63,310 bases of DNA, filler included, from Basidiobolus ranarum (GCA_040143965.1; 36 parts of 36 records of this genome joined end to end with filler, not necessarily neighbours in it), one strand, 5' to 3'; shown: positions 24,752 through 37,083, counted from the first letter of the whole stretch. Notes: generated by a model from the sequence alone, not told the origin. Numbers and translations are program-made.

Positions 24752-26141
24752 TATATATATATGATCTTATTATAGCTACCAACAATGATTAATATCACAC
24801 GAACATCAAAAGAAAGATATACGTCCAATTAAAGATTACAAATTTAGGTGAAGTTATATAGTTATTATGTCTGCAGATCCATACATATATATTTGGAAAA
24901 TCTATTACTCTGAATCAATCTTAGTACATCTCAAACATTCTCAGATGTTACAGGATGGAGAATGGCAAGCCAGTAGCAACTCCCATGGATCCAGATGTTA
25001 AACTAGTCAAAAATCCCATCAAAAATGATGAAAATTGGCCAAATATGGCTCAAAATATGTCATTTGAAAGCCCTGAGTTCCCATATCAATCTATGGGAGG
25101 TAGTTAGATCTATGCTATGACTGGAACCCAACTAGATGTTTCTTTTGCAGTGGGAGTAGTCAGCCAACATGTGCAAAACCCGGGATCTGAGCATTACACA
25201 GCAGTTAAGCAGATTTTCAGATATTTGAAGGGGACAATTGATCTGGGATTAAGATAGACATATTCTTAGGGGAAGACGATCTAATTGGTTTAGTGATGAA
25301 GATTTAGGACATGGTATTGAGGACAGAAGTTCTATCACTGGATATACCTTTCTCTACAGTGAAGCAGCCATACCTTGGAATAGCAAGAAATAACCCACCA
25401 TAGCACTTTCAACAACTGTAGCAGAATATATGGCAGCATCACATACAACAAAGGAGGCTATGTGGTAAAGAAAACTACTTAAAGACTTGGGCATTATTCA
25501 AAGTTTACCCACCATAATTTTAAGGATAATTAAAGTTGTATTTCTTTATCTAAAAATCCCAAATTTCGTGCTAGAAGTAGGCACATTGACATTCAACATT
25601 ACTTTGTCAGGGAGGCTATTGAGAATAAGCACATCCAACTACAGTACTGCTCAACTGAGGACATGATTGCTGACCTCCTTACCAAACCATTACCCAAGCC
25701 AAATTTGAAGAATTAAGATTTAAGTTAGGATTAAGATATATGAATATTTAGTTGAGTAGGAGTGTTGAAGTTTATGGTCTTTATCATATTTGTTTCCTCT
25801 AACTGTGTACACCTAACTATTTCATATAACACATATATGTTAGTTAACATTACTTATTCAAATATCACTTAACTGAAAACCAGAACATATATTAAATATA
25901 TATATATGAATATTGTGAGAATTAGCAATTCCATATTGGAAATTTAAAACTTGTCCAAATTGCCCCAAAAATAGCTTGTTTTACTCCCACAGATATTCTG
26001 GACATAACCCCAGTGTTAGTTTTCAGTATTTCCACCAAAATATATAAATGCCTTATTTCTGAACAATAAATAATTATCTCACAAAGCTATTCACAGCTCC
26101 ACTTTTCTAAAGTTCCTCCAAACAGCCCATATTTTCTAATA
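24752..26141 (+). mobile_element. copia RT/RNase H, PPT (GTTGAGTAGGAG) and 3' LTR-B (25763-26141)
   Basis: RSSITGY, STTVAEYMA, RHIDIQHYFVRE, EDMIADLLTKPL, then PPT and TGTTGAAG. Confidence 0.93.
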
Positions 26142-26236
26142 ATTGCTTGAATCAATTACCTCATGGCTAAAATGAAAATACTGTGTATTTTGATCTATCT
26201 CATCAACAAGTCTGTCTTGCAGCTTTCCTAAAAACA

Positions 26237-26415
26237 CCCTAACAGAAATTTGAGAATTGTTATTGTAGGAAAACCGTCACAATTTTAATCCCTTTGGGAT
26301 TGACCATTTACTTACCGTCATAACATCGTCAAGTTAGATTTGATTTTAATCAATTTTTTCAGTTTCAGGAGTGAAATTTCAAGATCTTGCAAAATAGTTG
26401 CGAATGATTGGCTAA
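26237..26415 (+). mobile_element. CMC left terminus, abutting another CMC copy
   Basis: CCCTAACAGAAATTTGAG; reverse complement of 3541-3720. Confidence 0.8.
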
Positions 26416-26515
26416 NNNNNNNNNNNNNNNNNNNNNNNNNNNNNNNNNNNNNNNNNNNNTTAATTAATTAANNNNNNNNNNNNNNNNNNNNNNNNNNNNN
26501 NNNNNNNNNNNNNNN

Positions 26516-26628
26516 GGCATAGCATACAAGGACTGGTAGCTCAATGGTTAGAGCACCTTGCTAGAGTGAAGGAGGTCCCAGGTTCAAATCCTGGCCAGAC
26601 CAATATTTCTCCCTAAATAATTTCAATA
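26516..26628 (+). mobile_element. LTR-A 3' part (tRNA-containing LTR, copy 1)
   Basis: Matches the reverse complement of 51614-51727. Ends TTTCAATA and is followed by CMC sequence. Confidence 0.88.
26530..26602 (+). ncRNA. tRNA-like cassette inside LTR-A
   Basis: 73-nt cloverleaf: A box TAGCTCAATGG, D stem GCTC/GAGC, T arm CCAGG-TTCAAAT-CCTGG. Mismatches at A3:A70 and G31:G39. Confidence 0.85.
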
Positions 26629-28178
26629 GAGATATCTCTGATCAGTCAAGCATATGTGCATGTAAAGACTGAGCACAACAAAATTCTTTTATTTTTTGAC
26701 TCTCATTATGCCTGGAATACAATGCCTAAAATATCTAAATACAGGCATGCAAATCAATTCAAATTCCTACAGCAGTAAACTCGGTAATTTCTCATTCAAA
26801 AGCTAGATTTTTGCCAAAATTGCCAGAAATCAAATAATGCATGCCGAATAGGAAGTGCAATATTTTAACATGTATGAATACTGTAAAAATACCATCAAGA
26901 AGCCACCATCTCACCTTTAAAATCCCTAGCAGAATGGAAGCAACCAATAATGTGATGGTTTTTGAATGGTGTTGCAATCCAGAAGGGTTGATCTGAGCCA
27001 GATCAAATTGATTTTATATTTGTTATTGCTCATTGCTCATTGCTCTTGCTGATTCATTCTTAATTAAATAACATATGGTAATACTGATGATTCTGCACAC
27101 AGCATTATTTCATCCAGGTGCACTCCATTGGGAACTCCCAGAATGTAGAGCAAGGGCCTAAAATCTCTAGGCATTGTGGAAGATGCAGCAAGGGATGTAT
27201 TGAATACTGGCATAGATTCAGTCTAACTTCTTTAAAACTGTAATAATGTTTTTCATATCCTATTCCAAAATCTTTGCACAGTCACTGTATCTGCATGAGA
27301 TCTGTCAATGTGAATTGATGCTGTAAGAATATATTAACAATATCCACAAACAACTCCCAATATTGCCAATACTTATGAGCCTGAAATCTTTTCAAGATTC
27401 CACTTGAATATATACAATTCCAATACTTCCAGTTTTTGCATTTGAATAAACTCCTAGATGAGTGGATATTGATAGGAGTCCTGGTAAAATATGATGGTAT
27501 TTTGCTGTGTTCAAGCATTTTCTCAAAATATTAAAACTTTGATCCTATCTCAAACAGCCCATTTGTGCTGAATTTTCCACTATATAGCTGGGTAAGTAGT
27601 ATTGGAATGTTGTTGAATAGTAAGTGCACAGTGCCTGATTGGAAACTCTGGTTCCAGCTGATCCCCTTTACTAATTTAATCTTAGGCTTATGGCTAATTC
27701 CAAGTTTGGTTTTAGACTGACTATTTGGTGAATTGATATCAGTCAGCTTGTTGAAATCTGACCAGGCTCTTGATGGTAAAATCATAAGGCTTAGTGTTTT
27801 TTTGTATAGTGGTAATGCACATGCCTGGTAGAGTAAACTCCATTGATTTGACAAAATCCACAGTAAGATAGTGCATTGTGCCCACAAAAACCTCTAAGAT
27901 TACTGATTGCAGGAGTGTTACCAATATATATAGTGATGTTAGCATCAAAAAAATATTTGCCCATCTGAACCCCTTTAGATATCCATTCAAATTCTGCAAA
28001 CAAAGGCTTCAAGAAACTATCATTAAACACTGGTGATTTAAGTCCAGATATGATAGATAGTATTGAAACATCATTACTCTCATACAATTCAGAAGGAGGT
28101 GGATATAAGTTGATAAAAGTTATTAGCCAGCAAGCCTCTCCAGTAGCATATTTGTATAGTGAGAAACCATCCAGAGCC
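26629..28178. mobile_element. CMC right-end region (26629-27025) joined to transposase core (-, 27070-28178)
   Basis: Reverse complement of 5650-6040, then KIPSYFTRTP, FKCKNWKYW and GNTPAISNL. Confidence 0.85.
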
Positions 28179-28278
28179 NNNNNNNNNNNNNNNNNNNNNN
28201 NNNNNNNNNNNNNNNNNNNNNNTTAATTAATTAANNNNNNNNNNNNNNNNNNNNNNNNNNNNNNNNNNNNNNNNNNNN

Positions 28279-29261
28279 AGCTACATTTGTGCCAAGCTTG
28301 GGGCTTCTAGCACAAGCTTGAAATATCTATATATATGAGAACTACTAAATTTGTAAAAATATTCCAAGTAGTTCCAATTGAGAATAGTGGGTACTATCTT
28401 AGTGAAATATGGAATTCCTAAATAGCAAGCTATTTATGACTATATAGATGTCTAGTCTATGCTGATTTCACCAGTGATAGTGTTATTTGCCTATATACCC
28501 CAAGTTGTAATTGAGGCTTGAGCCTTTACTTTACTACTACAGTAAGTGCCATATTGTTCCTAAAAGCTGTATTATAAATTGGGATAAGGCAGACTGTGAG
28601 TTAAGGGCTAAAGTAAACAATTCTAACCTCTTGCTTTATGATTTAAACATAAGCCAACTCTATGTTAAAGTATTTTTTTGGGAGCCTTTTGATGTTAGAG
28701 TTTTTTTGAGCCTGTTGGAAGTGGTTTAGAGAAATTGGTGGTTTTTGCTTATTGATTTATTGCATAGAGTGTTGACATTTATGCTTTTATCAAGATATAA
28801 ACAAACAAATATGTAGAATGTGTTGCAATTAGCATTGCCTAAGCACCTATATAGTCATATATAGTTTAGTATTTAGTTATCTTATATTTCACTAAGATAT
28901 TATCCATTATTCTTGTTGAAATTTATATTGCCTAAACACCTATATAGTCATATATAGCTTAGTACTTAGTTATCTTATATTTCACAAAGATATTATTCAT
29001 TATTCTCAATTGGAATTTACTTTGAATTTTCTTACCAATTTAGAAGTTCTCAGATATATAGACTTTTCAAACTTGTGCTAGGAGCCCCAAATTTTGGACA
29101 CATGTTCCTGAGACCCTTATTAACACATTCCACACATTATTTTGCTTACATCTTGACAAAGCTAAAAATGTCATCTTTCTACCAAATAAATCAATAGGTG
29201 AAAACCACCAATTTCTCTAATTCTCCAAACCACTTCCAACAGGCTCCCAAATACTTTAACA
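28279..29261. mobile_element. Nested and inverted LTR-D cluster; + copy about 28820-29261 has an internal duplication
   Basis: LTR-D blocks in both orientations. ATTGCCTAA.CACCTATATAGTC occurs twice. Confidence 0.85.
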
Positions 29262-30040
29262 TGATTATCCTAAGCACTTCCAATTTATCCCAAAGACTCA
29301 CAACACAAGGGAAGAAAGCTTGAAAAAAATATCAACTATGCCATTTATAAGCTATATCAGCAACCTGGAGAGGTTGACATGAATAGCTATTCATCATTAC
29401 TAATTACTACAAGTCTTCTTGGGATAGAGATAGACTTTGATTTATAGAGTAATTTATTTATAATGAGCGTGTTAAAAGGTATTGAAGTAAAGCAAACAAT
29501 CACTTATGAGAGTTTCATAAGTTCTGTAATTTTGCTTGTTGGGGTGCAATATTGCTAACTGCTGGAAATTGTAGTCGCAGTTGTTGATATGTGAAGAATT
29601 ACAAGAACATATGCAATGGTTATGTCATGGAGAATTATTGGAAAAAATGCAGACGCTTAATATTATTATAACCATTCCATTTAACCAAGTATACCCTGCA
29701 TTAAAGCTGCTATAAAGTGCATAAATGATTATAATTCCAACATTAGAGGTTGAAACAGTAATGCAGCCCTTCTCAATCCAATCTACAAAGGAGTTACATA
29801 TCCGAAATCAATGAGATTCTAATTCGTATATATTCATCTCTACCCCCGTACCAGAAATATCATCAAACTTGGCGCGGACACATTCCATTTATCATGGTGA
29901 ACATGGGACTTTGGGCTTTGTGGACCACTTCTCTAGCTTANNNNNNNNNNNNNNNNNNNNNNNNNNNNNNNNNNNNNNNNNNNNTTAATTAATTAANNNN
30001 NNNNNNNNNNNNNNNNNNNNNNNNNNNNNNNNNNNNNNNN

Positions 30041-30300
30041 GCAAAGTTGCATTTCTACCTACATCAATCTGGTCATATAACTGTGGTAACTCCACGGTAT
30101 CTGAACATTTCGCAATGTTACCAAAACTTTGACGCAAAGTACAGTCAGTTGACTCAGTGGGCAAAACTAGAGTCAATTTTTTGCACATATTACTGCTGAT
30201 ACTCACTAGGCCTTGTGCAGCTGGTGGCTTTGTACAGTAACCATACTTGTGATCATTTTTTCTATGAAGCCTCCAGCTTTCCTATCACAAGAATTTGTAA
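30041..30300 (-). pseudogene. CMC transposase N-terminal fragment
   Basis: ESTDCTLRQSFGN...ELPQLYDQ. Confidence 0.8.
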
Positions 30301-31801
30301 AAGCCAAGAGTTCCCTCATTGATCCATGGTGGGTAGCTTACTATAGACTTGTTCCATTGGACCAGGTCAGATAGTGCTGCTTGATCCAGCCTGCTAGCAC
30401 ACCATCTGGCACAATCTTTCAATTACCATGGCTGGGTCCTATAACACTCAATTGGACCCCATAAGGAACAATATGGCACTATCCCATCACAATTGGATAT
30501 GACAATTTTATTGGAGATATTGTGCCAGCCCATACCAAGTTACCTGATCTAGTATTGCCAAATTAAGATTTTGGGTAATGGACAAAGCAAGTTCATCCCC
30601 TTGTTTGTAACTTACAAATTACTGAATGTGTGACAATAAACGATTTATGTTGTAACTTACCCAATGTATAACCAAGACATTCACATGTTTTTAGGCCAAT
30701 CATTTGTCCCTCACCAACAGAGTATCCTGATTTTCAATTGGGCCCAATGGCTCCTGCATTACAAAACATGAGTAGTTTTGGCACACCAGTGACAAATTAC
30801 AGTACTTAAAAATGGATCAATCAGCATTATGAGAGTAGTGATCAGGATCACTTGATTCATCACTTTTAGATCAGCATATTGTTCATTCAATCATGTAAGC
30901 TTCTAATTGGATGAGAACATGAACAGATTGAGCCATATCAAGCCAATACAGCTGCGGAAGCTTTTTATTGACAGACATTTTCATTTAATTGTAGTGAGAC
31001 TGCTTGTATTAATAGGCTATCATTGATTTTTTTGATATATGACAATTTCATGCTAACAGTGTTTCATAAAGACATAAGCAATCATGATCCAACTAAAGTG
31101 ATTTATGCTATATTTAACTGCGATCCATATTGATTTTGCATGATACACTAAACAGTAAAGATAGCATAATGTAAATATTAACAATAGTATTAAGCAGTTG
31201 CCTAGGTTTGAAGCAGTACATGCTGATTTGCTTTTGTTACTTTTGTTGTCTCCTTTATATTTCCACAGAGGGAACTTTGCATGAACCTCTGCACTGAGTT
31301 GGTTGATTTGATCCTAGTGAAGTTCCTCTACCTTGGCCAGCATGAGTTGTGGCTTGAGATCAATGCACTGTGGTATGTGTTGGCTTGTCTGGTCTAGTTT
31401 GCGGTTTGTTTGTATCTACAGTCTCTTCTTCAGATGTGGAGCCTTCACTTAATGGGTCAACCAGCCATTGCTGCAGGCACACAGCTCTACATGTCAACCC
31501 AGAATGTCTCACTTGAGGTTTGTGCTTGGCAGGTCTTGCCTCTTCAAACATGGTAGAAGCTTCATCTCTTTTGACTGGCCGCATATGACCTCTGTTGCAT
31601 GGTGGAACACGTTGGAGTGAGTCATCTACCTTGAGGTTTGTGCTCAACAGTTATTGCTTCTTTAACCACAGTTGAATCTTCATCTCTTTTGACTCTCTGT
31701 GNNNNNNNNNNNNNNNNNNNNNNNNNNNNNNNNNNNNNNNNNNNNTTAATTAATTAANNNNNNNNNNNNNNNNNNNNNNNNNNNNNNNNNNNNNNNNNNN
31801 N

Positions 31802-33462
31802 AGTGTTAGTTTTCTGTATTTCCATCAAAAAGTATAAATGCTTTATTTCTGGACAATAAACAATTATCTCACAAAGCAATTGACAACTCCACTTTTCTAA
31901 AGTTCCTCCAAACAGCCCATATTTTCCCAATAATAGCTTTATGATACAATTATTTATTGTATTCCAGTTTTCAGCTAAGTAATATTTGACAAAGTAATGT
32001 TAACTAACTTATATGTGATATGTGAAATAGTTAGATGTATAAAGATAGAGATGACAAATATGATAAAGACAATAAACTTCAACAAACAAATTCATCTGGC
32101 TGGTCCATGTAGACCACAAATCCCTCCTGCTGGGCTATACGGATCTTCTCAGTAAGCTCACCATTCAAAACAGTAGCTTTAACATCCGTTTGTTGTAGAA
32201 TAAACTAATTTCAGCTGAAATTGCTAAAATCAATCTGATTGAATTAAACTTTGCTACAGGAGCAAAAGTCTCTGTATGATATATTCTTGGGGTTTAGGAA
32301 TAGCCATTGGCTACTGGTCAAGCCTAGTACTCTTCTATATTCCTATCAAAGTTGTATTTCACTTTAAACACCATTTGGCAGCCCATTGATTTTCAATCAT
32401 CAGGTATATTGATTAAAAACCAAGTTTGATTGTCAATCAAAGCCTGGTACTCATCAGCCACTGCAGATCTCCAAAATTGTGTGTAAGAGCCATTCAGGTC
32501 CTCTTTTACAGTCTGAGAGTCATGATTTTACGCTATGCAGGCATAAGTCCAATTTTGGGACTCATTGATATGGTAATCAGGGCTATTTCTGATCCAATTC
32601 AATCTCCTTGTTTGGGATAAAGGTACTACAACTTCTGGCATTTTATTGGGCACTTCAGTAGACATAAATCTGGTTGAAGGGTCCACAGGATGGCTATTTT
32701 CTTCAATGTTTAGTTGAAATCAATTGGAGCAATTTGATCAGGAGTAAATTAATTTTTGTCATCATGAGAGGTCATTTTGGGTGAAACTTTTGCATTTTGA
32801 TTAAATGAAACATTCGTGGACTTGATTAACTTAGAGATTTTTGTGTCATAGAGTCTGTAGGCCTTAGTTTGAGTAAAATAACCTAGAAATAGGCATTTCT
32901 TACTTTTTGGAACAAATGCAGACCAATTTTTGGTCATAATTTTGACATAAGCAAAGCATTGAATGATGTATTTTAGCAATTTCAACTAAATAACAGTGTA
33001 TAAAACATCAAATGGATGTCAAAGCTGCTTTTTTTAATGGTGAGCTTACTGAGAAGATCTGTATAGACCAGCTAGAGGGATTTGTGGACCCAGAAAACCT
33101 TAAAAAGGCTTGTAGACTTTGGTAAACACTTGTTGGCTTGAAACAATCTCCAAGAGCTTGGAATGGCCAGATAGATGTTTTTTTGGAAACAATTATATCC
33201 AAAAGAGTAATGTGGCCTATAAATGTTGCTTTAGCAACCAATGACTTGAAGACTTTGGGGAGAACTGAATCCAGATGACATACCAAATTTCAAAATGACT
33301 GATCTTGGCAAATCAACACACTATCTTGGAATCCAAATTAAGATAGATACAACTACCACAACAACAGCTTTAAATCAGTCCAAGTATATCCAAAATACAC
33401 ATAAAAGTTTGAAATGGAAGAATGCAATCCAGTTTCTACCCCAATGGAGATATATAACTTGA
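31802..33462. mobile_element. Rearranged copia debris: LTR-B pieces in both orientations (31802-32084), IN/RT on - (32085-32960), RT on + (33000-33462)
   Basis: KSKKCLFLGY...KAYRLYD on the minus strand; QMDVKAAFFNGEL...GLKQSPRAW on the plus strand. Confidence 0.85.
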
Positions 33463-33562
33463 NNNNNNNNNNNNNNNNNNNNNNNNNNNNNNNNNNNNNN
33501 NNNNNNTTAATTAATTAANNNNNNNNNNNNNNNNNNNNNNNNNNNNNNNNNNNNNNNNNNNN

Positions 33563-35223
33563 AGCCTATACTCACTGGCTCCTTTGCTTTTCCCTTGGGA
33601 TTATTAACTTCCTGCTCCTTCAGTACTTCTTTAGCTGCTTTTCTTTCTTTTCCAAGTCAATATTTGCATTCATCTTAAAGATGTTTCATGAATAGGCCTA
33701 TACTAGCCCAATTACCATTTGCTTACAAAAACCTAGAATAAGCCACATGAAATAAATTAAGATCCTTCAGAGTAACACCTGGATTTTGGTTTTTCCATGA
33801 TTGGCTCAAATCCAGATGTTTTTGGGTAAGATTCTACACAGTTTCCAAAATGTTAAACCACTCATCATCAGAGCAAATGATGGCAGCTCTGACATTTAGA
33901 GTCTTTTGGTTTGCCAGTTTTTCTATGGGATTTCTACTTTCATGCGCCCAAGCAACTTTGGATTGTTGTGTAGGCTTAATTGCCCAACACATATTCTGCT
34001 CTGCTAGATTGTAATAGTGACATTCATATGTATGGTGTGCAATTGATTGAAATCCCATATGAGAATTGATGGAGGGAGCAGCATGTTGCTGTAGCTCAAG
34101 TGCAGCATTCTGAAGGTCTTGTATCATTGTTGAGTGACCCTCTAACTGTTGACTAGTTGCTTCTGAGCACTGCATTAATTGCAATATTGCGGCAATATTG
34201 CTTGTCATGGCCTGTATAGCAACCTTATGGTTTCTACCTATGATTACATACAAGTCATTATGGTGTTGTGCCTGCAATTCCCTTGTTGTAATGATTCTAT
34301 CCAGATTATCTACATATGGTTGTTCAATTGTAGGCAAAGTAGCCATTTTGGAAGTTGATGGTCTTGAGAGTGTTTTGGTTGAACTTTGCTCAACTATTGA
34401 TTCTCTATGTAATTGGGGGATTACAATATCTTCACTTGCACTATTGCTCAAAAGGAATACATCTGGTAAATTGATTAATGCTTCATAATTACTTGAGTTA
34501 GTGTCTGGCATGTTAATGCCTACCAAAGTGGATAGTGGATTGCTAGACTGCTCATCAATTTAAGTCCTCTATTCTTGCTGGTTTGTTTCCTCCTGTGCCA
34601 GCAGGCTTTGGCTTGGAAGCCAATTTTGACTTAGATTTTGAATGCTTTTTGAATGGCATTCCAATTTTCAGATGATCAACTTGGTTTAATGAAATTACTG
34701 AGAAACAGCTAATAATAAACCAAAATTGCCATCCATTACCAGAAATATCTTGTAAATCCCCTGATGACTCATCTGTGACACTGTCTCAGAATCAGCTGAT
34801 GATATTGATGGGCTATGCCTCAAATGCTACCCTTTCGTGGGAGGTGTTCTTTTTTCTGCAATATCCTACCCATGCCACAACACAAGCATTTAAAGAAGCC
34901 CTGCTATTATTGTTGCATATTCTTGTGCTATGAAAGCTGGAGGCTTCATAGGAAAAAAAATCACAAGCATGGTTGCTGCATAAAGCCACCAGGTGCACAA
35001 AGCCTGGTGTACAACAACAGTAATAAGTACACTCAATCAACTTTAGCCTTGCCCATTGAGTCCACTGACTGTAGTTTGCCTCAAAGTTTTGGTAACACTA
35101 CCAAAAGTCAAGATACCAGGGATCTACCTCAGTTATATGACCAGATTGATGTAGATCAAAATACAACTTTGGTTGATCCAGTTAGTCCACACAACTTTGA
35201 GGACTTGCTGCTAGATGTTGACC
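33563..35223. mobile_element. CMC central region: ORF2 (-, ATG 34659) and transposase (+, ATG 34872)
   Basis: Longest open ORF2 stretch (33834-34526). Transposase starts MPQHKHLKKPCYYC...HRKKNH. Confidence 0.88.
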
Positions 35224-35323
35224 NNNNNNNNNNNNNNNNNNNNNNNNNNNNNNNNNNNNNNNNNNNNTTAATTAATTAANNNNNNNNNNNNNNNNNNNNN
35301 NNNNNNNNNNNNNNNNNNNNNNN

Positions 35324-36983
35324 CCTCAAATTTTCACCCATGCTTAACAGGCAGGTTTGTTATGATCTAAGCACGTCCAATAATCCTACTTTATAGTAAA
35401 CTATAAATAGGACATATTCAATTCAATAAAACTTAAGTGTCTAATTCACAAATCCAAATCTTGTCCAAAACACTTCCAAATCCCCTAAACACTTTTATCA
35501 TTCTAAAGTTCCTGCAAACAGCCCTTATTTTCCCAATTGGTTATGGGTCCTGTGTTCTAGCCTTTACAGCATGACTGAAATCACTACTACCACTTTTATT
35601 GACTCAAATGTTGAAAAGCTTGATGGAGAATATTACAATCTCTGGAAGTGCATGATGCAGATCATGCTGGAAGACAGGGAGCTTTGAGATGTAGTCTCTG
35701 GAGCTGAAACAGAACCTTTTGACCCTTCTATATTAGAAGCTTACCAGAAAAGAGACAAGAAGGCGTTTAATGTCATTTGTCAATGTTTGAATCATTCACA
35801 ACTTGTGAATATCCCATCAAGCTTGGACTATATTGGAAGAATGTTACAAAGCAAAGAGTCTTGCTGATATACTTTTTCTCCAATGAAAATTCTTCAATAT
35901 AAAGATGGAAAAGTCTGACAGCATGGTTACTCATATTGCAAATGTGCTTTGGCTAAGCAACTGGAAAATATTGGTGCAACTTTACAGGAAGAAGATGTCA
36001 TTATGACTCTTCTAAATAGTCTACCAGAATAGTATTCAAACTTAGTCACAGCTTTGCAAGCAAGATATGACAAGTTGACCTTGGAGTTAGTTGTGGCAAG
36101 GCTATGTTTATAACAGGCCAGGACAACAGTTAAAAGATTGCAAATCAAGTAATTACAACAAAACTGAGAAATTAGAAAAGGCAAATCCAGTGTCAACTAA
36201 AGAGCAAATTTTATGCATTTCTGCTCATCAGTGACCACTGAACAAGACTGTGGGTTGTGGTGTATTGATTCTGGAGCCTTTCAACATTTCTCTAATCAAA
36301 AAAACTGGCTTGGGACACTCAAAACTGACATAAACAAGAAGGTGTAAATAGGAGATGACCAGCCACTAGAAGCTCTGGGAGTGAGAGAAATTGAAGTAGA
36401 TCTTGGGGGCATCTCTGGGGACATTAATTTGACATTGCAAAATGTGCTATATGTGACTAGGATAGCAAAAAATTTGTTATCAGTGAGTAAAGCCTCATCT
36501 AAGGGATATGGCTTTAATTTTGATCAAAATGGCTGTACAATCAAGGATCAAAAAGGCAATTGCATAGCTTCTGGAGCTGAGCAAAATAACTTGCAAAAAC
36601 TTCATTATATCAGGCAAATATATTAATATGTTAATACTGCCACAGCTGAAGAGATAGACTGGAAAATCTGGCAGAGGAGATTGGGTCATCCAGCAGCTGA
36701 AAATATGGCAATTTAATTAAAAACAAAATGGTTTTGGGACTAATTTTTGTAATTCCACCAGATCTAGAGTTATGTGAAGGTTGCCCATATGGTAGGCAAC
36801 ACCGACAGCCATTAGTGAGCTCTGGAATGAGCAAAATTGATCAAAAATTGAGTGTGATACACTCAGATCTGTGTGGCCCAATGCAGACAAAATCCTTTGG
36901 TGGAAAAAGGTTTTTTGTGACCTTTATTGATGATGATGCAGAGTATACTTGGGTGTTCTTTCTTGCATTAAGGACAAATCCTT
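35324..36983 (+). mobile_element. LTR-C (to 35500) abutting the tip of LTR-B, PBS (35539), family-B gag-protease-integrase pseudogene (from 35571)
   Basis: MTEITTTT..., IDSGA, NVLYV..IAKNLLSV, CEGCPYGRQHR, IHSDLCGPM...FVTFIDD. Confidence 0.92.
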
Positions 36984-37083
36984 NNNNNNNNNNNNNNNNN
37001 NNNNNNNNNNNNNNNNNNNNNNNNNNNTTAATTAATTAANNNNNNNNNNNNNNNNNNNNNNNNNNNNNNNNNNNNNNNNNNNN

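Noticed and set aside
26530-26602. Functional tRNA-Ser(AGA) or amber suppressor (CTA in the loop)
   Set aside because: CTA is not at positions 34-36, there is no long variable arm, stems are mismatched, the anticodon varies between copies, and it always lies inside LTR-A.
29760-29940. AALLNPIYKG (hAT-like LDPRYK) on +, or a small spliced gene on -
   Set aside because: The surrounding frames are closed and neither reading is supported by further motifs.
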